NCBI GenBank assembly: GCA_964553795.1
Contig: CAZKMR010000010.1
Span: 267 to 64,266, forward strand
DNA: 64,000 nucleotides
Reading direction: 5' to 3'
From: an uncultured Bifidobacterium sp.
GTDB lineage: Bacteria > Verrucomicrobiota > Verrucomicrobiia > Limisphaerales > JADLHS01
The position numbers were made by a program, and so were the translations under genes. Below are positions 19,001 to 25,952 of the stretch, one piece after another. The notes under the pieces were generated by a model. It made no database searches. It was given only the letters and a program-made list of their open reading frames with translations, and had not been told where the DNA came from. Positions within the stretch are counted from its first letter, which is position 1, and each line of letters starts with the position of its first letter.

Positions 19001-19885
19001 GGCGCGTTTGAACTGGCGGTGGAATTGAAGCAGGAGATTCTGCCGATTGTGATTTGCGATTCAAACACCGCGATGCCGCGTGATGCATTTTGGTTTGAGC
19101 CCTATCGCCTCACGATGCGGGCATTGCCGCGCATCACGCCGGAGAATTTCGACTATTCGCAAGGTGTCGGGCCGTTGATGAAACATTGCGAGGAGATTGT
19201 GCGCGCGGGCTTGCAGGCAGAAATGGATCGCCTCAACACGCCGGCTACTGTGCGGCGGAAGATTCGCCGGCTCTTTCGGTATCAAGGCGTGATGGTGGAA
19301 GAGTTCGTGAAATGGAAACTCAAACTTGATCCGGTGTTTTCGGTGTTGGATGAAGTTGTGCCGCGGCGGGCGCACGTTTTGGATCTCGGTTGCGGATACG
19401 GCTTGGCGACGCATTGGCTGGCGGCATTCACGGATACGCGAACGTTTGTCGGTTACGATTACGACGAAAATAAAATTCGCGTGGCGAAACGCACGGCGGC
19501 GGAGCAGCAGCGGATTCGCTTCGAGGCAGCGGACGTGTTGACGGCGGAGTATCCGGCGTGCGACGTGGTCTTGTTGTTGGACGTGTTGCATTACTGGACG
19601 GCGGAAAAGCAATTGCAGATGCTGACGAAGGCGCGGCAGGCATTGCGACCGGGTGGGCGATTGGTGTTGCGCGATGGCATTCGCGCGGAAACGGAAGCGC
19701 ATCAAAAGGTCTATCGTTGGGAACGGTTTGCCACGCGAGTGGGGATGAATCGCACGGTGGAAGGGTTGCATTTTCAGACGCAGGAAGAGTTGCAGACTTT
19801 GTTGCGGCAAGCGGGATTTGTGCGGTGGGAATTCAAGGCCGGGGCCGGCAAGGATTCGAACGTCATGCTGGTCGCATCTGCCTGA
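16055..19885 (+). CDS. Triple fusion: MMPL/RND-type 'predicted exporter' + PlsC-family (LPLAT) acyltransferase + class I SAM methyltransferase
   Basis: ATG at 16055, within track ORF 16031..19885. The N-terminal approx 800 aa carry two polytopic hydrophobic bundles separated by soluble loops. Next come the acyltransferase motifs SNHQSAVDTLL (HX4D) and FYPEGTRS. The C-terminus has the methyltransferase motif I VLDLGCGYGLATHWLA and LRPGGRLVLRD. Confidence 0.8.
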   Translation: MNFDLYSRLYLWLVAHRRLTLFLTLVVTLVCTVVSLQIRTKEDMLDMLPSGDERVEEYRYALRKFRQIDRVYMDIGINRDDPETLARAADAMYERLATNSAFGRIQYRVEMGNQDQIVSYLTGALPNLFTAEDARELEAKLQPEEVRDYLTTMRRKLAGPEGMVLKNVIEADPIGSSGLVVKKVLPLQAGFGGAEIVEGRITSSDGRHVLMLAEPKFPSSDSGASAELVREMVRAARDVEQQFPGVHVAITGGHRMSVDNATIIRADAQRCIAIGMVAMIVLFLFAYRRRWLAMVTFLPSFFGTTVAGVMLAIWHDQLSAIALGFASIAVGITVDYAIHVIYHLDDAGAADHPKRAKHLTQLVYPISVGVITTVAAFMVMLASPINGYRQLGMLGTVGVVFSAAFALIILPLLVPPAKGGSVAPLRLTGLWERFFQWQAKRRGIVVLIALVLTLVAVFGVRHLRFEGDITKMNGITDSTRADEALISKTWGDAVGMTLVVTRGETPAEALAQNDRLAAALAGNTNVTAVYSLAAICPAPETQRENMQRWREFWTVERRENLRQTLTQVAGELGFRADAFARFWQQLESEPELLTLEQFRGTPLEKALDERVALAEGDNAISTVVRLADRAQAGQLRELVPGAIVLDGKDFATHLAAIAKDGLKAFAVGTTIAVGILLAVCLASLELMAVTLVPIVVGLLWTFGAMAWLGLPIDLMNSIFVIFIIGVGEDYAVFLVTSRLDEWRGRASHSAVASASVFVSAATTIFGFGVMVLADHPVLFSMGATVLIGMLFTFVATLLLTPLCMDVLLFNPMPRGAPKWWHVLGTIWVTLHLGGIQVYLYTVLRPVLKLFRVRNGDAFLRASARYLVRGLIKAMPFGRTRLHDITPETFKKPSIVISNHQSAVDTLLVKGLPGDVRQTAKKRVFDSPLLGFSCKYLGEVMVEPNNPEGTLQRAREVLRSGASVHFYPEGTRSLDGSVQRFRRGAFELAVELKQEILPIVICDSNTAMPRDAFWFEPYRLTMRALPRITPENFDYSQGVGPLMKHCEEIVRAGLQAEMDRLNTPATVRRKIRRLFRYQGVMVEEFVKWKLKLDPVFSVLDEVVPRRAHVLDLGCGYGLATHWLAAFTDTRTFVGYDYDENKIRVAKRTAAEQQRIRFEAADVLTAEYPACDVVLLLDVLHYWTAEKQLQMLTKARQALRPGGRLVLRDGIRAETEAHQKVYRWERFATRVGMNRTVEGLHFQTQEELQTLLRQAGFVRWEFKAGAGKDSNVMLVASA

Positions 19886-20063
19886 TGCGGCGGCGCGGCC
19901 GGTGGTGAGGCAGAAGTTGCCGGGTTGTATGACAGTGGAGTTTTTGTGGGTTTACTGGAGGAATACCTCCATGGACTTGGATATCAAGGTGGTGAAACAG
20001 TTTGGGGTGACGCCCGGGACTGCCCCGGGGGCACTGGTTTAGAATCTGCTTCTACGCGGCGGG

Positions 20064-22139
20064 ATGTATTGCAGGACGCACCCTTGTGACCAGTTGCAGA
20101 GCACAAGCTGCGATTGCCCGTCTGGGACGGCAACGCGGCGGCGAAGAGGGTTCTGGGTTGTCGTTCTAGGGTTTTTCCTAGTGCTCCAATCAACCGCGGA
20201 AGAGACGCCCGTGTCGAACGGCGGCTTGATGGCATTAAGTTTGGAGCAGTTGATGGAAGTCAACGTGGACAAGGTTTACTCCGCTTCGAAGTACGAACAA
20301 CGCGTGTCGCAAGCGCCGGCGGCCGTCAGCCTCGTAACACGGGAGGAAATACAGAAGCAGGGCTATCGGACCTTGGCGGACGTGTTGCGGAGTGTGAATG
20401 GCCTGTACGTTACCGATGACCGGAATTATTCGTACCTCGGTATTCGGGGTTTCAATCGCCCTGGCGACTACAATTCCCGCGTGCTGCTGTTGGTGGATGG
20501 ACATCGGCTCAACGACAGCGTCTATGATCAGGGCCTGTATGGAACGGAAGCGTTCCTCGACGTGGATTTGATTGAACGGGTGGAAGTGGTGCGCGGGCCG
20601 AGTTCTTCAATTTACGGAAACAATGCGTTCTTCGGGGTGGTGAATGTCATTACGCGGCGAGGGCGGGCTCTGAACGGTTTTGAAACCACAGGTGAAGTGG
20701 GCGACCACGAAACTGTCAAAAGCGGTTTTCGCTACGGCAAGCAATACGACAGTGGCTGGGAAGTTTTGTTCTCCGGGTCGTTCTACGATTCCGCCGGTGA
20801 GCGCAGTATTTATTTTCCCGAATTCGATGCCCCGGCGACGAATAATGGTCGCGCCCAGGATTCGGATGGTGATCGGGCCTACAACTTTTACGGGTCGCTG
20901 GGTTATGGCGATGTGACGCTGAGGGGTGGTTGGGCCTGGCGGCGGAAGGATATTCCCACGGCGTCGTATGGAACGACTTTTAATGACGGCGGCGAACTCA
21001 CCGAAGACACGCGAGCGTATGTGGCGTTGAATCTCGATCATGACTGGAGTGATTCACTTAAAGTGCTGGGCAGCGTGGCGTATGATTATTCCTGGTATCG
21101 CGGCGAATATCCCTACGGCGCGGGGGTGGGGCGCGTGTTGAATCTGGATGAAGCGCTGGGCCAATCTGTCAGCGGCAACTGGCAATTGAACTGGCAGGCG
21201 TTGGAATGGTGCAAATTGGTATTGGGCGGTGAAATTCGCGAGCAACTCACGGTGCGGCAGGAAAATTGGGACGCCGTGCCCTTTGCGTTGTATTTGAACG
21301 ACGAGCGCGAGGGCCGCACTCTTGGCGCATTCGCGCAGGCCGAAGTCAATTTGCGGACCAATCTGGTGGTGAACGTGGGCGGGCGTTTTGATCATTACAG
21401 CACGTTCGGTGATACGGTCAATCCACGCCTGGCGCTGATTTATGCGCCGTTGGCGGCGACGACGTTGAAGGTTTTATATGGTGCGGCGTATCGCGCGCCG
21501 AATGCTTACGAACTTTATTACAGCTACCCGGGCCAGGCGAAAGGCAACCCGAGTCTGCAACCGGAAGACATTCGCACCTACGAGTTGGTATGGGAACAGG
21601 GCCTGCCCGCCAATCTACGGTTCACGGCTTCGGCGTATCATTACGACGTGAAGAATCTGGCGGCGCAAGGGTTCGATCCGAGTGACGGCTTGTTAGTGTT
21701 TCAGAATGTGGACACGGTGGAGGCCAACGGAGTGGAATTTGGATTGGAACGGCGAGCCACCAATGGACTGATGGCACGCGTTGGTTATGCCTTGCAACAA
21801 ACCGAGGATGAAACGACCGGGTTGCAGTTGAGCAATTCACCGCGCCATCTGGCGAAGTTCAATCTCAGTGCGCCCGTGTGGGCGGACAAGGTTTTCGCTG
21901 GGCTTGATCTGCAATATGCCAGTCCGGTCAGCACACTGATGGGTAATCGCAGTGAGGAGGTCTGGTGGTTGAACGTCACCCTGTTCAGCCGGCCTTGCGG
22001 CGAGAATCTCGAGTTGTCCGCTTCGATTTACAATTTGCTCGACGAGCGTCGTGGTTTCTCGGCCTCGAGCGAACACGCGCTGGACACGATTCCACTGCCC
22101 GGGCGCACCTTCCGCGTGAAACTGACGTTACGGTTTTAA
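20064..22139 (+). CDS. TonB-dependent outer-membrane receptor
   Basis: 691 aa. Signal-like RRRGFWVVVLGFFLVLQSTA. Plug domain VYSASKYEQRVSQAPAAVSLVTREEIQKQGYRTLADVLRSVNGLYV, beta-barrel repeats, and a terminal aromatic residue (...FRVKLTLRF). The exact start is uncertain. Confidence 0.85.
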   Translation: MYCRTHPCDQLQSTSCDCPSGTATRRRRGFWVVVLGFFLVLQSTAEETPVSNGGLMALSLEQLMEVNVDKVYSASKYEQRVSQAPAAVSLVTREEIQKQGYRTLADVLRSVNGLYVTDDRNYSYLGIRGFNRPGDYNSRVLLLVDGHRLNDSVYDQGLYGTEAFLDVDLIERVEVVRGPSSSIYGNNAFFGVVNVITRRGRALNGFETTGEVGDHETVKSGFRYGKQYDSGWEVLFSGSFYDSAGERSIYFPEFDAPATNNGRAQDSDGDRAYNFYGSLGYGDVTLRGGWAWRRKDIPTASYGTTFNDGGELTEDTRAYVALNLDHDWSDSLKVLGSVAYDYSWYRGEYPYGAGVGRVLNLDEALGQSVSGNWQLNWQALEWCKLVLGGEIREQLTVRQENWDAVPFALYLNDEREGRTLGAFAQAEVNLRTNLVVNVGGRFDHYSTFGDTVNPRLALIYAPLAATTLKVLYGAAYRAPNAYELYYSYPGQAKGNPSLQPEDIRTYELVWEQGLPANLRFTASAYHYDVKNLAAQGFDPSDGLLVFQNVDTVEANGVEFGLERRATNGLMARVGYALQQTEDETTGLQLSNSPRHLAKFNLSAPVWADKVFAGLDLQYASPVSTLMGNRSEEVWWLNVTLFSRPCGENLELSASIYNLLDERRGFSASSEHALDTIPLPGRTFRVKLTLRF

Positions 22140-22142
22140 GAC

Positions 22143-22760
22143 GTGAACCCGACGACAAACATGCTAAGGCGACTTGCGCGGCGTCAGTGGCTGGCGCCGG
22201 GGGCGGTGCTGCGGCAGGCCCTGGCAGTGGTCGTGGCGGCGCAATTCGCCGTGGCGGCGGCGCGAGCCAGCGAGGTGAACGCCGTCGAGTACGGCGTGAA
22301 AGGCGCCTTTCTGGTCAAGTTCGGCATGTTCGTCGAGTGGCCGACGGGAACTTTTTCCGAGACTCAATCGGTGTTCCGGATTGGCATCCTGGGGGACGAT
22401 CCGTTTGGACCGGAATTTGAAGCGGCGGCGCAAAAGGAAAAAATTGCGGGTCGGACCGTGGAGATTCGGCGCGGCCGACGACCGGAAGAACTGAAGGATT
22501 GCCAGATTGTCTTTCTCAGCGCCGCTGAATCGGCGCGGTTGGCCGAGTGGATTGCCGCGTTGGGGGAGAAAGGCATTTTGCTGGTGGCCGACGCACCGGA
22601 GTTTGTGGCGCGCGGCGGGATGATTGGGTTCATCAAAGAAGAGGGCAAGATTCGGTTTGAGATCAATCCGGCGGCGGCCGAGCGGGCCGGACTGAAGATC
22701 AGTTCAAAATTACTTCAGGTGGGCAAGCGCGTGAATCGCGTGGAGACGGTGGCAGGCTGA
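22143..22760 (+). CDS. YfiR-like DUF4154 periplasmic protein
   Basis: 205 aa. VEYGVKGAFLVKFGMFVEWP ... ILLVADAPEFVARGGMIGFIKEEGKIRFEINPAAAERAGLKISSKLLQVG matches the DUF4154/YfiR pattern end to end. Starts 3 nt after the receptor stop. Confidence 0.8.
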   Translation: MNPTTNMLRRLARRQWLAPGAVLRQALAVVVAAQFAVAAARASEVNAVEYGVKGAFLVKFGMFVEWPTGTFSETQSVFRIGILGDDPFGPEFEAAAQKEKIAGRTVEIRRGRRPEELKDCQIVFLSAAESARLAEWIAALGEKGILLVADAPEFVARGGMIGFIKEEGKIRFEINPAAAERAGLKISSKLLQVGKRVNRVETVAG

Positions 22761-22761
22761 T

Positions 22762-25215
22762 ATGAAACGCATCAGTGACTATTCAATTCGGGGCAAGGTG
22801 ACGTTGATCATCATGATCACGACAGGGGTCGCGTTGTTGCTGGCCATTGGCGCGATGGGGTTCTTTGACCTGTGGAACTACCGGGCGCAATTGCGGCGGG
22901 ACGCGGTGGTCATCGCGGGCATCGTGGCCAACAACAGCACGGCGGCGTTGAGTTTCAACGACGCGCCCGCGGCGCAGGAAATTCTATCGGCGTTGACGGT
23001 CGATCCGCATCTAGGCGCAACGGTTATCTGGGATGCGAATGGCGAGCAACTGGCGCAGTATCGGCGCAAGGATTGGAATTATGTTCCTCCTGCGGATTTG
23101 AACCAGAGCGTGGTGACGTTTTCAGCGCAGGCCATCGAAGTGGTGCAACCGGTAATGCTGAACGGCAAGCGGATTGGCACGGTGACGCTGCAAATGGACG
23201 TGAACGAATTTTATCAGCGGTTACGCCGGGGCTTGGTGGCGGGATTCATCGTGCTGCTGATGGCGGCGGGGACCGGCTACTTGCTGACGATTCGATTGCA
23301 ACAGTACATCGCTGCGCCGATTCAACAATTGGCCCGGGCGTCCAGCGAAGTGGCGACGCAAAAGAATTACGCCATTCGCGTGGCGAAACCTGGCAACGAC
23401 GAACTCGGGCAGTTGGTGGACAACTTCAATCACATGCTCGCGCAAATTGAAACGGGCGACAAAGCCCTGCGCGAAGCGCAGGCCGAGTTGGAGCGCCGGG
23501 TGGCGGACCGCACGCGCGAACTGTTCGGCACGAATCAGCAATTGTTTCAGGAGGTCAGCAATCACAAACGCGCGCGGGAAGAATCAGACGCGTTGCGATC
23601 GCGCTTGCAGACGGCCTACGAGAATCTGCAAAAGGAAGCGGCGGAACGCCTCACGATGCAGGAGCAGTTGAAGTCGTCGGAGGAGCGGTTTTCCAAAGCG
23701 TTCAGCGCCAGTCCGGTGCCGCTCGCGATTTTGACGCGCCGTTCACGCGGCTTTGTGGACGTGAACGATCGGTTCGCGCGATTGGTGGGACGTCCCCGGA
23801 CGGCTTTCATCGGCCGCGATTTGTTCAGCCTGCCGTTGTGGTCCGAGTCAGAAACGCGGGCGCGAATCGAGCAGTTATTGGCCGACGGTCAAAGCCTGCG
23901 CAATTGGGAATGTCACATCAACGGGCCGGACGGCAAGCCGCGGCACGCGCTGTTATCCGCTGAGGCGTTTCAGTTGGGCACGGAACCGTGCTTGTTGTTG
24001 ATGACCGAAGACATTTCCGACCGGGTCAATCTGGAAGGTCAACTCCGGCAATCGCAAAAGATGGAAGCCGTCGGGCAACTCGCCGCCGGCGTGGCACATG
24101 ACTTCAACAATTTGCTGACGGTGATTCAGGGTTACACCCAATTGCTCCTGGCAATGCAGCCGCCGGGCAGTGTCGGGCAGGAGGCGCTCGAGAAAATCAT
24201 CAGCACCACCCAACGCGCGGCGGGATTGACCAGTCAATTGCTGACGTTCAGTCGCAAGCAAGTCACGCAAGCCAAGGCGGTGGATTTGAACAAAGTGGTC
24301 AGCAACGTGGCCGGCATGTTGCGGCCGCTGCTGGGAGAAACGATTCGCTTGAATCTACAACCGGCGCCGACGTTGCCATCCATCATGGCGGATGCCGCGA
24401 TGTTGGAACAGGTGTTGGTCAATCTTTCCGTTAATGCTCGCGACGCCATGCCGCGCGGCGGCGATTTGATTGTGACCACGTTCACGACGGAACTCGACGA
24501 GAGTTACGTGAAATACCATCCGCAGGCCAGTGCCGGAATGTTTGTTTGCTTGCAAGTGAGCGACTCCGGCATGGGCATGGATCCGGCAACGATGGAGCGG
24601 ATTTTCGAGCCGTTCTTTACCACCAAAGGCGCGGGCAAAGGCACGGGACTGGGCTTGGCGACGGTGTATGGCATCGTCAAACAGCATCGCGGCTGGGTGG
24701 AAGTTGCGAGTCAGGTGGGCGTGGGCACGACGTTCAAAGTGTTCATTCCCGCGGTGCAATCCACGGTCGAACATACCGAGTTGATTCAGAATCCTGACGT
24801 GGTGCGCGGCGGCGACGAAACCATTCTCGTGGTTGAGGACGAGCCAGCCTTGCGCGAACTCGTCACCAAAGTGCTGCGCAATTACGGCTATCAGGTGTTG
24901 GAAGCCGCACATGGGAAAGAAGCCATCCAGGTCTGGCGCGGCACGGAATCCAAGCCGGCGTTGTTACTCACGGACATGATGATGCCCGAGGGCATGACCG
25001 GCTGGGAATTGGCCAGTCACATTCGCGCTGAAGCGCCGGAGGTGAAAGTGCTGTTTACCAGTGGTTACAGTCCGGAGATTTTCGGCACGGACGTGCAATT
25101 GGATGCGCGCGTGAATTTCCTGCCCAAGCCCTATCATCCGCGCATGCTCGCGCGCACGGTGCGACGTTGCCTCGACAACGAACGTCCCGATCGTCCACAG
25201 CCGATCCTCGCGTAG
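22762..25215 (+). CDS. Hybrid sensor histidine kinase/response regulator (periplasmic CHASE8-like sensor, HAMP, coiled coil, PAS, HisKA, HATPase, REC)
   Basis: 817 aa. Two TM helices bracket an approx 130-aa periplasmic domain. HAMP region IAAPIQQLARASSEV...; H-box VAHDFNNLLTVIQGY; ATPase G-boxes DSGMGMD and GKGTGLGLATVYGIV; receiver ILVVEDEPALREL...LLLTDMMMPEGMTG. Confidence 0.9.
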   Translation: MKRISDYSIRGKVTLIIMITTGVALLLAIGAMGFFDLWNYRAQLRRDAVVIAGIVANNSTAALSFNDAPAAQEILSALTVDPHLGATVIWDANGEQLAQYRRKDWNYVPPADLNQSVVTFSAQAIEVVQPVMLNGKRIGTVTLQMDVNEFYQRLRRGLVAGFIVLLMAAGTGYLLTIRLQQYIAAPIQQLARASSEVATQKNYAIRVAKPGNDELGQLVDNFNHMLAQIETGDKALREAQAELERRVADRTRELFGTNQQLFQEVSNHKRAREESDALRSRLQTAYENLQKEAAERLTMQEQLKSSEERFSKAFSASPVPLAILTRRSRGFVDVNDRFARLVGRPRTAFIGRDLFSLPLWSESETRARIEQLLADGQSLRNWECHINGPDGKPRHALLSAEAFQLGTEPCLLLMTEDISDRVNLEGQLRQSQKMEAVGQLAAGVAHDFNNLLTVIQGYTQLLLAMQPPGSVGQEALEKIISTTQRAAGLTSQLLTFSRKQVTQAKAVDLNKVVSNVAGMLRPLLGETIRLNLQPAPTLPSIMADAAMLEQVLVNLSVNARDAMPRGGDLIVTTFTTELDESYVKYHPQASAGMFVCLQVSDSGMGMDPATMERIFEPFFTTKGAGKGTGLGLATVYGIVKQHRGWVEVASQVGVGTTFKVFIPAVQSTVEHTELIQNPDVVRGGDETILVVEDEPALRELVTKVLRNYGYQVLEAAHGKEAIQVWRGTESKPALLLTDMMMPEGMTGWELASHIRAEAPEVKVLFTSGYSPEIFGTDVQLDARVNFLPKPYHPRMLARTVRRCLDNERPDRPQPILA

Positions 25216-25952
25216 GTCAAAAAGATTTCGGCGTCAACTTGACGAAACGCGTGCAACTGCAATTGCGCGGCGGCGGCCAATCGTTCGAAGCCGCGGCCAT
25301 CGGCAATCGTCGGGGCGGTGCGGCCGCCGAAGATTTTCGGGCAAACAGTAACATGCAATTCGTCCACGAGTCCGGCGCGGAAAAGTTCGCCGTTCAGTTC
25401 GCCGCCGCCTTCGCAGAGCAGGCGTTTGACCTTGTGCGTCTTGCGCAGCCATTGAAGGAAGGCGGCAAAATCAATTTCAGTGTTGCCGCAACCGATCACT
25501 TCCGCCAGATGCAGCAGCGGCTTTGCAACCCGCTTCATTGCCCGTTTGGTCGTCAGGATAATGATGGGGCTGAACTGGTGTTTGAAGACCGCGGCATCCG
25601 GGTCAACCGAGCCACTCCCGCTGACGATGATTCGCAGATTGTATTCGGCCAACCCGCGCCGGAGTCGCAGCCGTCGGAACTTCGCCGGACCAGGACCGAG
25701 GTTGATGTCATTCAAATCAGCGGTACGTGCGCCGCACATCACCGCATCGGCGGTGGCGCGCAGTTCGAGCAGGTGCTCGTGATCACGCTGGCTGCCGAAC
25801 GATGAGACGGCGCGATTGGCGGTGGCGATTTTGCCATCAGCCGTCATTGCCATGTTGACCAGGACGAAGGGTAGCCGCCGACGTGAGGAGGTGGACTTCG
25901 GGGCGATTATTCCCGCCTCGTTACCTCGGCGGCTACGGGACTTGGCACTCAT
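25134..25952 (-). CDS. RibD C-terminal-domain-type pyrimidine reductase (diaminohydroxyphosphoribosylaminopyrimidine reductase-like)
   Basis: 272 aa. VNMAMTADGKIA, LLCEGGGELNGELFRAGLVDELHVTVCPKIFGG. Its ATG overlaps the queA stop (ATGA at 25949-25952). Its 3' tail overlaps the convergent kinase gene by 82 nt. Confidence 0.75.
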   Translation of the reverse strand: MSAKSRSRRGNEAGIIAPKSTSSRRRLPFVLVNMAMTADGKIATANRAVSSFGSQRDHEHLLELRATADAVMCGARTADLNDINLGPGPAKFRRLRLRRGLAEYNLRIIVSGSGSVDPDAAVFKHQFSPIIILTTKRAMKRVAKPLLHLAEVIGCGNTEIDFAAFLQWLRKTHKVKRLLCEGGGELNGELFRAGLVDELHVTVCPKIFGGRTAPTIADGRGFERLAAAAQLQLHAFRQVDAEIFLTYARIGCGRSGRSLSRQRRTVRASMRG

